This document shows positions 21,386-32,349 of a stretch of 64,000 nt of DNA, one piece after another. This stretch comes from Phaeosaccion multiseriatum (taxonomy: Eukaryota > Protista > Ochrophyta, other classes), in NCBI GenBank assembly GCA_965112735.1, contig OZ218950.1:2728001-2792000 (forward strand). The letters are read 5' to 3'. Numbering within the stretch: the first letter of the stretch is position 1; each line of letters opens with the position of its first letter. The notes beneath the pieces were generated by a model, which was not told the origin of the DNA, did no database searches, and saw only the letters and a program-made list of their open reading frames with translations. A program made the translations under genes and the position numbers.

Positions 21386-24115
21386 TCACACGTCGAAATC
21401 CTCGTGGAGCCAGTTGCTGTCCGCCGTAACCCCGTGGGGTGCGCTGCCTCCGCTCGATCGCCTCCGATGGTGTGCGTGCGTCTCGGCTTTGGTCTCCCCC
21501 TCGTCTCCATCGGACTCGTCCCATGTGTCTGTGACAAAGTTCTTGTCGGCGGCCATCCCTCTCACCTTGGGGTGAGGAGCGTCCCGAGGGGGCTGGACAG
21601 GCCTGTTGTTGCTGTTGCTGCTGCTGCTTCTGCTGCTGCTGCTGCTGCTACTGCGCTCTTTCGGCCCTTCTCTGAGCAGCCGTTTCTTCCCCTCCTCCTC
21701 TCCGTCCTCCTCAGCTCCCTCCAGCTGGTCCGCGCCGTGCTGCTTCTGCCGTTGCCCGCCCGCCCCTCTCTTGCCGGACTTTGCCCGCCTCTGCTCCATG
21801 TGATGGCTGTGCCTGTCTGCCTCCTTGGCGGCCGCCTTGAGGGCAGTCAAGGCTGCGCTGGCCTTCCTTCGCTGCTTCTCCATCTCGAGGTCGATGGAGG
21901 TGTCCCCTTCCTCGTCGGACCCGTCGTCCAGCTGCAGAGGGCCGCTGCTGCTCGTCAACGCGGGGTCCAGCTCGTCCATGATGCTCTTCCTACGCCGCAC
22001 GAAGGGGGGACATGGCTCCTCCGACGTTACGCCCACCCCGCCCTCTCTGCTCTTGCCACTCCGACTGGTCGTCTGCCGCCCGCTCTCTGTGCTGGCCCTG
22101 GCTTTGGTAGTCGTGCCTGCGAGGCGCAGCCCCTTGCTACCCTCGTTTGAAGAAGTCGGGCTACTCTCCACCTCTTGTCGGACCTCGAGAAACTGCCTCG
22201 GCTTTGGTGGGGCGCTGGACGGGGCTCTCCTTGCACTACCGCTGCTATTACTGCTGCTGCTGCTGCTCCCTCTGCTGCCGCCGCTCTTGCTCTTGCTCTT
22301 GCTCTTCTTCCCCCCGCCTCTATCCGCTGCTCTCTGTGCACTCTGCCGCATGCGCATCTCGGGCGGCTCCTCGAAAGACAAGCCCGAGCCGTGTCTCTCT
22401 GCATCCTCCAGAAGCACCTCGTCCACTTCCGGTCCGAGGGGGTCGCCATCCCCGGCAAGGTCACTGATGTCCACGTCCTCCCCTCTCCGTGCGCGACTTG
22501 CCTCAGCAGCGGACGGGTCGCCACCCCTGCTGCCCTCAGTCCTGTCTTTCTTGACTGACCTTCGCCGTGACGCCATAGCGCTGCTATTGCTGGGGCTGTC
22601 GGCCCTGCTTTCTTGTTGCCGGTGGCCTCTTTCCCCTCTCCCCCCGCCGTGCCTCGTTCCCGAGTCATTGTGCTCTACATTGTCTTTGCTCGTGCTTCCC
22701 TCACACTCAACGTCCTCCTCCTTCCTCATCCTTGACGCAACCCTCTGGGCCGTCCTCTTGCCGCCGCGGCTCCTCTCATATGTCAGCAAGGCCCCTCTCG
22801 AGCCCTCGGATCTGTCTGACCGCGTGCAAATGCTACCGTCACCACCTGCCTCCTCCTCTTCTCGCTGTTCTTCCTCCTCCTGTCTCCCCCTCCCCTCGCG
22901 CTCCTCCTCTTCCTCGTCCTCGTCCTCCTCCTCATGGCCTCTCCGCCTCGCCCAGCTGTCCTTCCTCAAGTCTCTCCTGTCAGTGCTGGCATCTCTGCTG
23001 CTGCGACTGCTGTTGTGCCGCTCCCCCCTCATGGTGTTGCGCTGCTGCTCATCGCTGTCCCCCGGGGACTCGTGCCTGTGGTGACCCTTCTTTGCGTCAG
23101 AAGCCACCTCTTCTGCCCCGTCTGCTGCTGCTTTGCAACTCCCGCTGCTCGTGCCCCTCCTCCGCTCCTGCCGACGCTTCTGCCCGCCGCGCTCCTCGCT
23201 GCCACCCCCGGAGACCTCGTCTCTATCCGTCTGGTTCGTGCTTCTCTTCCGAGCTTTCGAACTCCTTCGACGCTGGCCATCGTCGCCATCATCTCTCTCG
23301 TTACGTTCTGCTGGTCGACCTTTGTGTTCATCCTCATCATCTTCTTCAAAAAACCCTCCCCGACTGAGTGTCGAGCTTTGACGCCGAGGCGCCCCCCTTC
23401 CACTTCTGCTGCTGACTTGGGAAGAGGAAGTGTCGTCTCGAGCAGGTGAATTGCTGCCTTCTCCGCTGCTTCCGAAGCGCACAGGACTATGAATGTTGCC
23501 CATCTCTTCCTCTCCTAGTTGGGCACTACTGAAACTTCTCGCGTGCTTCTGAGTCTTCTTTTTGCTACTCGGTCTGCTCGTACTGTTGCTCTCCTTCCTG
23601 CTGCCCTTCTGGGGACGACTTGCGAAAGGCGAAGACACGGCCCCTCTGGACGGGGGGGTGCTGCACCCATAGTCCCTGTCGCTCTGAGCGCTCCCCGAGT
23701 CGGAGGTGGGGGTCGTTTGGGCAGTCTCCACCAGGAGCTGCTGCGCCTCCACGGCTTCCTTGCTTTGCTCCAAAGTGGTGAGGGCCTGGGGGCAGAGTTT
23801 CACCATGCCTTTGACCCACAGCCGATGCTCTGCCCTGGTCGGGGCCTGCAGTCGGAGGGTTCGAGCAGGACTGCAGAAGATCATCGTGTCCCCCTCCTCT
23901 CGGATGTATGTAATGTCCCTCAGGTAGAGCCAGCCTCGGCAGCGCCCGTCCGTGCTCGCCTTGTAGTAGGCCAGCGCCAGCTCTCCGGCCGAGTTCCACT
24001 CAAAGCGCTCCACCTTGAACCAGCGCTTGTTCAAGTCCCCACCCAGCCCGAACGTGGCGGTCCTGCTCTTCTCCTTGAGCAGCCACCCCTCCAGAGCTGC
24101 AATGGTGCTGTCCAT
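21386..24115 (-). CDS. PH-domain protein with long disordered C-terminal region
   Basis: 909-aa single-exon ORF. N-terminal LEGWLLKEK..LNKRWFKV..LAYYK..RGWLYLRDI..RTLRLQAPTRAEHRLWVKGM. Confidence 0.85.
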   Translation of the reverse strand: MDSTIAALEGWLLKEKSRTATFGLGGDLNKRWFKVERFEWNSAGELALAYYKASTDGRCRGWLYLRDITYIREEGDTMIFCSPARTLRLQAPTRAEHRLWVKGMVKLCPQALTTLEQSKEAVEAQQLLVETAQTTPTSDSGSAQSDRDYGCSTPPSRGAVSSPFASRPQKGSRKESNSTSRPSSKKKTQKHARSFSSAQLGEEEMGNIHSPVRFGSSGEGSNSPARDDTSSSQVSSRSGRGAPRRQSSTLSRGGFFEEDDEDEHKGRPAERNERDDGDDGQRRRSSKARKRSTNQTDRDEVSGGGSEERGGQKRRQERRRGTSSGSCKAAADGAEEVASDAKKGHHRHESPGDSDEQQRNTMRGERHNSSRSSRDASTDRRDLRKDSWARRRGHEEEDEDEEEEEREGRGRQEEEEQREEEEAGGDGSICTRSDRSEGSRGALLTYERSRGGKRTAQRVASRMRKEEDVECEGSTSKDNVEHNDSGTRHGGGRGERGHRQQESRADSPSNSSAMASRRRSVKKDRTEGSRGGDPSAAEASRARRGEDVDISDLAGDGDPLGPEVDEVLLEDAERHGSGLSFEEPPEMRMRQSAQRAADRGGGKKSKSKSKSGGSRGSSSSSSNSSGSARRAPSSAPPKPRQFLEVRQEVESSPTSSNEGSKGLRLAGTTTKARASTESGRQTTSRSGKSREGGVGVTSEEPCPPFVRRRKSIMDELDPALTSSSGPLQLDDGSDEEGDTSIDLEMEKQRRKASAALTALKAAAKEADRHSHHMEQRRAKSGKRGAGGQRQKQHGADQLEGAEEDGEEEGKKRLLREGPKERSSSSSSSRSSSSNSNNRPVQPPRDAPHPKVRGMAADKNFVTDTWDESDGDEGETKAETHAHHRRRSSGGSAPHGVTADSNWLHEDFDV

Positions 24116-24253
24116 GGTGCTATAATAGGTGTCTCATCTCGTTTCACGGTTACAGTGGAGGCGGATGGCAGCCAACGGAGACCTTCCAATCGGATTTCGG
24201 AAATCGACAGAAACATCACCCACCACACCCTGCAACCCCCCGCCCATCGCACC

Positions 24254-25051
24254 ATGACTAGCTTCCATAACGTGGGAAAGCATTGCGAGCTCTGCGGACA
24301 GCAAGGTGCGTCGCGGAAGAGAAGAAAGATCACAAAGTCGCCCGGTGGAAGAGGTCAGAACAAAGGGCCATGGAGAAAACATATTCATGCAAATGTGCTG
24401 CTGCTGTGTCCTTTTCCAGACTTTCTCCCCTTCTGCTGCAGCGCTTGCGGCGGCAACTTTTGCTTGGAGCACCGAAGCGGCGCGAAGCACAATTGCCGGA
24501 GGGAAGGAAGCCTGGACAGAAGGGTCCCAGAGTGCGGGGTGTGCTCGGAGATGGTGGAGGTGGATCGACCCACAGACCAGGCCAACGTCAGCGCGTGTAT
24601 TCAAGAGCACATTGCATCAGGCTGCAAAGAGAGGGTGCGGAAGGGGAGCAAGGCGAAAGGCTCAGGTACGTCGTGGTGCTTTTTTCCTCCTTTCTTCTCA
24701 CTTCTCACTGACATCGCCGCTTCCGCACAAACCATCTCCCTCTCTGCAGGTCCCGACAAGTTTCGATGTCAGGCCAAGGGGTGCCGGAAGCGGGAGTTTG
24801 TGAAGGTTACTTGCAGCTCGTGTGCGCTGAACTTCTGCTTCTCTCATAGACACCCGGACGATCACTCGTGCGGGGCTGCTCCCAACAAGGGGCCCAAGGA
24901 CAAGGACGGAAAGCCGCTAGTTTCAAGTGCGACACAGGCCGTGGCTGGGGGAGAAGCGGGAGGGAAGGGAGGCGGGGGTGGGGGTTGCCGATCGGACACA
25001 AGGCGGAAAAATGGGAGGCTCAGCATGTCTCGCCTGCTCAAAGCCTTCTGA
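24254..25051 (+). CDS. AN1-type zinc finger protein (ZFAND1/ZFAND2-like)
   Basis: Exons 24254-24305, 24420-24665, 24750-25051. GKHCELCGQQDFLPFCCSACGGNFCLEHR..HNC and CQAKGC..CSSCALNFCFSHRHPDDHSC. Confidence 0.9.
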   Translation: MTSFHNVGKHCELCGQQGASRKRRKITKSPGGRGQNKGPWRKHIHANVLLLCPFPDFLPFCCSACGGNFCLEHRSGAKHNCRREGSLDRRVPECGVCSEMVEVDRPTDQANVSACIQEHIASGCKERVRKGSKAKGSGTSWCFFPPFFSLLTDIAASAQTISLSAGPDKFRCQAKGCRKREFVKVTCSSCALNFCFSHRHPDDHSCGAAPNKGPKDKDGKPLVSSATQAVAGGEAGGKGGGGGGCRSDTRRKNGRLSMSRLLKAF

Positions 25052-25145
25052 TACCTCTCTCCCCCACACCGCTTGTAAGTATGTACGTATGAAATAAGTA
25101 GATTGCATTGTAAGGTGGATACAACATCTAGTCAGAGAACCTTTG

Positions 25146-25851
25146 TCACCGGCCCTTGAGCGGCAGCTCCTTGGCTTCGTTGATCTTTGCCGCCATGTAC
25201 TTACTGCCGCCCTTGTCCGGGTGGTTGAGCATGAGGATCCTCCTGTGCGCCTCTTTGATGCGCGTTTCCGATGCCGACTCCCGTACGCCCAGCACGAGCG
25301 CCGCTTCCCTGCGCGTCGTTTTGTCCTCAAAGCCGCCCTCGTAGTGGCGCTTGCAAAAATACAAAAATACTGTCACGAAAACCCGCGAACCCTGACTTGT
25401 GTGGCCTTGGCCTTTGTCGTGTGCGTCTGGTCCCCTGCACTTGCTTTTCCTCCACCTCCACCCCCTGCTGCCGACCCAACTGGCCTTCTTTCCCCTTCTC
25501 GTCACCCTCTCCCTCTACAACGTCTCCGTCTTTCACGTCCTGCAATCCGGGATATGCTCGCAATCCTTGGAAACCAATGTATGTGATACCTGCCGTCGCA
25601 AGGCTTCCCACCACATACACGTTGTCCTACTCTGCTGCTGGTACGCAGGGCCCTCGCACTTCCGCCCTTGTCGAGCTCTGGTCGTCGCAGCAGCGATAGA
25701 GGGGGGCAGCGAGGAGGTACTGTGTGGAAAGCGCAACGTCGGAGACACCGCGCTTTCGTTCGGAGGCGATACCTTGCGCTGATCGTCCGCCACCCCCTTG
25801 CTGCTCGAGGGAAGCGGCGGGACAGACCACACAGAACAGCGCCATCATCAT
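25146..25851 (-). pseudogene. PAM18: Frameshifted PAM18/TIM14 (DNAJC15/19-like) J-protein copy
   Basis: [51 protein letters not shown]. The TM segment (VVGSLATAGITYIG) and presequence-like part are in other frames, with no splice sites that repair them. Confidence 0.75.
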
Positions 25852-25879
25852 CCTCGCGGGCGGGACCAAACGTGAGCGC

Positions 25880-25986
25880 CAATGTCTTCTCCTGCCAAAG
25901 CTGATGGACAACGGACGTCAATGGCTTCTTTAGGCGAAGCTGATAAGCAATGGACGTCAATGTCTTCTCCTGCCAAAGCTGATGGA
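25880..25986. repeat. 39 bp tandem triplication overlapping the stop codon of the ZNF511-like gene
   Basis: Units at 25880, 25919, 25958; outer units identical over 29 nt. Confidence 0.85.
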
Positions 25987-27279
25987 AGCAGGCACCCTCG
26001 CCTTCCGTATCTGCGCCACGGCCTCACCGGCTCCTGCCCCGGAGTCATCGACATCCATCTCGCCGCTACCCTCGCCGCTCTCCCCTGCCTGCGGCGCCGT
26101 CGCCTCTAGCCTGACGTGCGTGCCCTCGCCTCGTCCTCCTCCTCCTCCTCCGCCACCACCAACATGCCTGAAGCGGCACCTGTCTCCCAATCTACAGCCT
26201 TGGCGAGTACTGAAGTACTTGCACTTGGGGGGGGGCTTGGGATGGTTGGAGGACAATGAAGACGCCCCTCCTTGGGGGGGCAGCTGCCCTGGTAGATGAG
26301 CGAACTTGCATGCGTTGCCTTCGCGGCACCCCGCCGGACTCGCCCAGAACCAGCACTTGGGGCGGGATTGCGAGTGCTGTGACTGTGGCTGTGAAAGAGA
26401 CTGTGGGCCACCACCCATTTGCGCATAGGTGGAAGGGTCGACTACCGCGTCGGACATGTCCGCATCAGCGATTCCGTCCATCGAAGCACTGCTCCTGGCT
26501 GAACTAGCTGCTGTAACGGTTGAAACGGCTGCTGTGGCGGCGGTGCTTTGGGCTGCCCGGGCTGCCAGAGCTGCTGCCTTTTTGGCTCTCTGCCTGCCCG
26601 CCTTGGGGTCGTGTAGATCGAAGCTGAGCGGAAAGTGATGAACAGTCTGAAGGTGCTGGCGGCGGCCCCTGTCCAGGGAAAACAGCTTGTCGCACCCCTT
26701 GGGTGGAGGGGATGTGGGAAGTGGAGAGGCGGAGAGCGGGAGGGGGTGGTAAGGAAGGCCCAAGTGCCGAGGCACGACAAATGATACGTGCATGGGCATG
26801 GGAAGTAAGCGTGGTTGTCTGCTGCAACCCAGAAAAGGCTCACGCGTACAAACGTCTTCACTCAGATGCCAGCAGCAGTACTCACACTGTTGACCAGGGC
26901 TCATGACATCATCCTACCTCGACAATGCACCGATACATTGGCATCTTTTCTGCCTTTAGCTTGAAGAAAGGGTCGTGAAGCTCCTTTGCAAAAAAAGAGG
27001 AGCGGCAATGAACGAGAGGAGTTGGGGCGTTGAAAGCACGCGTCAAAGAGGCAAAGCCCTAGAAGACGGACGCAACTAACCGACAGATTATGTTCTCTTC
27101 AGCTCTCTGCCGTAGTGTGGGAGACAATCTTACCTCGATATGAATATCCAACAGCGCTGCCGAGGGGAGCACTTGGCCGCATTGGGAGCATCTGTGGCGA
27201 TGACTGGACTCAAAGTGCCTGTGAGAATTTCATCATCCATATTAGTGAACAGCATTTGTAAGGAGAGGGCAACAGCGCA

Positions 27280-27354
<75 letters not shown>

Positions 27355-27708
27355 AGGAATCTCCATCCGCGGCGTCCAAAGGGCGTTTACCTGTCCAGCT
27401 AAGCAACGGCATAGGAGAGCAGGGAGGGGGAGGGAGTATTAGGGCGAGGGGGGAGAGCGTGGAGAAGGGGGTGACCAAACGCAGACACTAACCTGAAGCG
27501 CGCAAGAAAACACTGCTGTGCACCCGTGAATCCCACACGCGATGAGGTTTGTTCTCTTCTCCTCCTCCTCTGCCAAGGAGCACAGGTCGGCTGCGTCTTG
27601 GGGGCACACCAAGAGCTTTGAACAGAGCTCCCGCTGCACATTCCCTGCGCTGAAGAACTCGTCCAAGGGGGAGATCTTCCGCCTCACCGGCCCTGAGAAC
27701 AGGGCCAT
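25957..27708 (-). CDS. ZNF511: ZNF511-like C2H2 zinc finger protein with two additional CCCH fingers
   Basis: Exons 27708-27493, 27398-27391, 27218-27134, 26983-26918, 26697-25957. DEFFSAGNVQR, LLDIHIEELHDPFF, MYRCIVEGC and C-terminal VPASISFG resemble ZNF511. CWFWASPAGCREGNACKFAH and CKYFSTRQGCRLGDRCRFRH are CCCH fingers. Confidence 0.8.
27283..27352. repeat. (GA)n microsatellite, intronic
   Basis: Pure GA run. Confidence 0.95.
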
Positions 27709-27890
27709 GGTTATGCCGCTCCATCCATCCAGAGCGTCTAGCCAGGAGGGTAAAAAGGGGGGCAGCAAAGGTCCTCGTTGACTTACTAGGCTTCCACTTG
27801 TCTCGAGGTGTCTGTCTCATAAATTTTCATCTTCCGCTCCTTACCACTTCTCCTTGCCACCTCTGTAGCTTCTTACACTGTGCATGCGCG

Positions 27891-28782
27891 ATGGCGCCTC
27901 CGGTTCCGTCGACGCTGACGGATGACGACATTCTTCGGATGCAGATGGTGTGTTGAGGCACTCTTTGTTCTTGCTCCTCATCTCCTCCTATCCTCCTCTC
28001 CTTGCTCATCTCATCTCCTCCTTCCCAACACCTCCTCCCCAAAATTGCACAAACTTGTGTCTCCTTCTGTAGGTTCGGCGTGAAGTATGGAAGGGAGGGA
28101 TGAAGGGCCTCGTGGTGGGCACTGCTGCTGGGGTCGTAATGGCAGTCGGTGGGAAGCGCTTGGTGCTAAGGGGGGGAGATCGGTTCGCTAAGGCAGCGGA
28201 GGGATCTTGGAGGAAGATGGCCCACTCGTCGTTCGTTGGCTTTAAGCACCTCAATGTGCTTCTTCCGCTGGGCTTGGGCGCATTTTGCTCCTTCTTCTTC
28301 TCAATAGGAGCAGGTATGGCCACGGGGAGGGACAAGATATTGATGGACATCATCTCAGACCCTAGTCCCACCAGTCCTCCGCTCTTCACACTCTTCTTAC
28401 AAGGACTGCTTTACTTAGAAGTTCTGCAGTGGCCAGGATTTGAGAAGGGGACTTCGCGTTCTCTTTCTCTCTCTCTCTCTTCCTCTTCCATCCCCTCTGC
28501 CCCTCCCTCATTCACGGCCGGTGGTCTTCTCCCCCCTCAGGACGCGCCGCTCTCCCGTTCATGGGAGACTTGTGGAAGAAAGGTGAGAAGCCCCCGAGCG
28601 AGAGGCCCGGGCTGACCCCATACATGGTGAAGCAGCTGGAGGGCCAGGACGATGTGTATCGGGAGAAGAAGCAGGAGGAACTGAGCAGCTTCGAGAGGAG
28701 GAAGCTGGCTTTGCAAAAGAGGCAAGAGAGAATCGCCAGGGGAGAGATAGGCCCAGAGTCAACCCGAGAGGAGGTGTGGTAA
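27891..28782 (+). CDS. Small hypothetical two-TM protein
   Basis: Exons 27891-27947, 28073-28313, 28541-28782 in frame. Hydrophobic GLVVGTAAGVVMAVG and VLLPLGLGAFCSFFFSIGAG; charged C-terminal tail. Confidence 0.65.
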
Positions 28783-29309
28783 TATCGTAGGAGGAGAGCA
28801 CAGAGTGGGTCGGGTAGCAGGGCGCACAACAGCGGTGTGTGTGGCCTCAAGGTAAATATAAATATATCACGGAGAGCGTACCACGTATGGTGCTGAGGTA
28901 TATAAATAGTCAAACGTTTGCAAAGTGTATATAATAATAATAATTTTAAGCTATAAAAATAAAATCTCTAAACCAGTCTACCATGACAGGAGTGGGCGGT
29001 ACCACCCCCTCCATCTAAAAAAAGCGTCCATTCTCTTTCCCACCTCCTCTACTGTAAAAGACCAAGCTACAAAATACTTACACCAATAAAGAGAATAGTA
29101 AAGGGTGCTGTGTGGAGAGTCTAGGAGGCTGAAGTAAGAAGAGCCCCACTGCACTGCGGAGATCCTTCCCTCGAGCCTCGGGTCTTCTCCTCCGCCATAA
29201 CCTCTCCCACGCGACTTGCTTCGGTGACGGCGTACCTTCGAAAGGAGCTCTCCTCGTCCCCTCTTCCGTCCGTATGTCTGGCGACGGGCGGCTTACTTCG
29301 CCCATCACA

Positions 29310-30893
29310 TCACAGGGCAGCAGCAGCCACTGGAGTCTGACTCTGTTGACTCTTGGCGGCCTTGGTTGCGGCTTTGGGGGAGGATTGCTTGCCGATGTCC
29401 TTGAGCCCAACCAGCACCACCTCTCTCTTTCTGCCCGAGCTCTCAAGCCGGACGATACCCTCCCCTCGGGCGTTAATCACTCCGATCAACTTGCCCTTCT
29501 TGCCCCGGTCAGGGCCTTTGAGTAGCACCACCATGTCTTGCACTGGCGGGAGGGGAGAGGGCAGTACACGTGTGGGTACACGAGTCGGTACAAGAGGAGG
29601 AGGAAGGTAGTGAGTGGCGTTAGATGCAAGCAAGGAAGGCAAGAAGATGAAGGTGCGTAGACTAGGAGGAGGGCAAGTACAGTTTAGAAGGAAGTAAGGA
29701 AGCGAGAAAGGAAGGTGCAAGAGGCAGAAGGTCAGTGACAATTAGTGCAAGGTGTTGTCCTCCTTGCAAGTACCCTCGCAGTCACGGTACTCACCAACAG
29801 GTGGCGTATCCTTGTCGTACTCCAGCTCCTCCTTGCTATCGACAAAGAAGTCCGAGCTATCGCTCTGGGCCGGCGGGTCATCGAAATAGAGCCCCCCTGC
29901 CTTGGTGAAGCGGTCGTACGAGAGGGCCAACTTCACGTATGCCTTCTGCGCCCCTTGGACTTTTTGTGTCTTGGCGGCCTGTGTGTGACGACACGAAAGT
30001 AAGTAAACCATGTGGTGATCCATTTGGATTGCGCACAGTGAGTTGGAAGTGACACGTTTCTCTGGAGAGGAGGAGGATGGATGGAGGGGGGCGTGCGTGG
30101 GCTTTCGTCGTGAGGTGCGGATCCGAGGACAGAAGAAAGAGAAGTGCGCCTTCTGTCTGTCCTCCACCACCTCCACCTCCTCCTCCTCCTCCTCCTCCTC
30201 CTCCTCCTCCTCCTCCTCCTCCTCCTCCTCCTCCTCCTCCTCCTTCTACTCCTCCTCCTCCTCCTCCTCCCCCTCCTCCTGCTCCTTTGTTCTGACCGAG
30301 CGACCGACCTGATAGAGGTCATCCAACGCGAGGAAAATCTGTTGGGCTTCAAACTGCATCGCCTCTCTCGCACTGGTATCAATGGCATTTTCCGTCGGGT
30401 AAAGGCCTGTGGGGTCGGACCAGAGGCACAACGGTCAAGAGAAGAACAAATAGGGGAAACCGAGGAAGGAAGTAAAAAACTAAACATCAACACCACCAAA
30501 CGGGTCCGATGGGGAGGGAGGGCTATCAACAGCAACAACAGGAGGGAGGACTATCAACAGCAGCCACACCCAGCGCACGCAACCCCGGGACCTACGCAGG
30601 CCTGTATGCCTCCAACTTACCATCAATTAGGTCCACAAAATTCTCTGGGTCCATCCAGGAGGGCACACGGTGAATAAGACAAACAGAAAACAGGATGAGA
30701 TTTAGCCAAAGGGTGGGAACACGCCGGCAGAGCGTGACGGCAGCAGATCTAAGTTTTTTTTTTACTTACCTTCTCTTTCCGAAAATACGCCCAGAAAGCC
30801 CTGAGTCCAACAGAAGGAGTGGTGGTGGTGTGGTGGTGGTGGTGGCGGCGGCGGTGGCAGTAGTAGTAGTAATAGTAGTAGAAGCACGAGTAG

Positions 30894-30925
<32 letters not shown>

Positions 30926-32169
30926 TAGTGCAAGGAGAGCGGAATGGGACAGAAGAGGTGTGAGAAGTGGTTTCAATCAAGCGTCAATGGGCTCTCTTGG
31001 AGGGACACGCAAAGCGTCAAGGGGTGTGCTTCAAGAGGGTGTGTGAATGGGTTGTGGGTGGGTAGGTGTGGGTGGCTGTGAGTGGGTGGGTGGGTGTGGG
31101 TGTGGGTGGGTGGGTAGGTGGGTGTGGGTGGGTGGGTGGGTGGGCAGCACGCGATGCTCCCTCCCCGACGAGACCGCTGGGGGAGATTGCGTTGAGACAC
31201 ACCTGCAGATAGCCCCAGTTGCGGGCAGACACCAGATACTCAGTCTCGTCCAAGTAGGGGGCTAGTGCCTGGATCTTGTCGATGGCGGTCTGGAGATTGG
31301 CGTCATTCACTGTCCTTAGGCGCAAGTCCTTCTTGATTTGCACGAAGGGCAGACTGCCCGACTACAGCATCAGCACATGGATTCACGCCGGTGAGACAGG
31401 CCCGCGGTACAAGCAAGATGCACGAGGATGGAGGGTAAGTGTGTGTCACACATTCGCATGAGCATATTCACACCTTCGTTTCCCTTCTTCGCACCGCGCA
31501 GGGTCAGCTGTCGCACCGGAGAGGTCCCCATTCCCCCTCACCTTCTTGGTCCTCTTGGATGCCCTCACTTTCTCACTCTTTAGATCGCTCATCTCTTCTG
31601 TCTTTCTCTCGAGCAGCTCTACTTCATCTGTCAGAGTCGGGAACGGCAGCGAGGAGCGGTTCTTGAGAAGCCATGAAGGGTGGGGGCGCAAAGAGAGACA
31701 AGGGCAGTGTCCACTCGCAATGTGTACAACCCTCCGTGAAGGACAATTGAGCTCAATCTCACTCACCGAGCATATTCATGACCGATGGATCGGGACTCTT
31801 GGCCACTGCCGGTGGTAGGAAGGTCATGTGCCCTACAAGCAACATCGACGCCATCGTCGCGGCCCCCAACAGCTTCCCTCCTGTGACAAGGGGCCATGCC
31901 CAGGCTCGGCTTTCCGGGTCGTCTGCGTGTTGATCTCCTCCAAGTGCAGCTCCTGTTACTGTAGAGTCTCCCGTGTGTCTTCGTCTCTGCCTAGAGCTGG
32001 AGGAGATGCTGTTGCTGCTACTGCTGCTGCTACTGCTCCTCGATGAGACGGGCCGCGAGGCCCAAGCAGCGCGTGAATTTGGGGGGCTGACGAGGAGTCC
32101 GACGCAGCAGAAGAAGCAGCAGCTCAACGCCAGCAAAGCCGTAAGCGCCACTGCTGGTAGACACCTCAT
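29310..32169 (-). CDS. Plastid/thylakoid-targeted PsbQ-like protein with C-terminal KOW domain
   Basis: Multi-exon, including 31 nt (30800-30770) and 24 nt (30644-30621) exons. Signal + transit + hydrophobic..AVA|K. NWGYLQGFL..QIFLALDDLYQAAKTQKVQGAQKAYVKLALSYDRF is PsbQ-like; VVLLKGPDRGKKGKLIGV..GIVRLE is KOW-like. Confidence 0.65.
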
Positions 32170-32349
32170 TGTGACCTACTCCATTGTGGGGGTGTCGAAG
32201 AGATTTTTCCGTCCAAGCGAATCAACAAGCGGGAGGGGAAACCTCCACCACGCTCGGCTTCAAGTCGTCGACGCCTGTGAAGCTGTATCACAACACGTGA
32301 GCGTTGGATTGACATTGCCTCTCGCCCCAGGATATTTATATCAGACACA

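Noticed and set aside
23519-24253. N-terminal half of the 510-aa ORF
   Set aside because: Antisense to the PH gene; the AN1 gene starts at ATG 24254 and the ORF reads through its introns.
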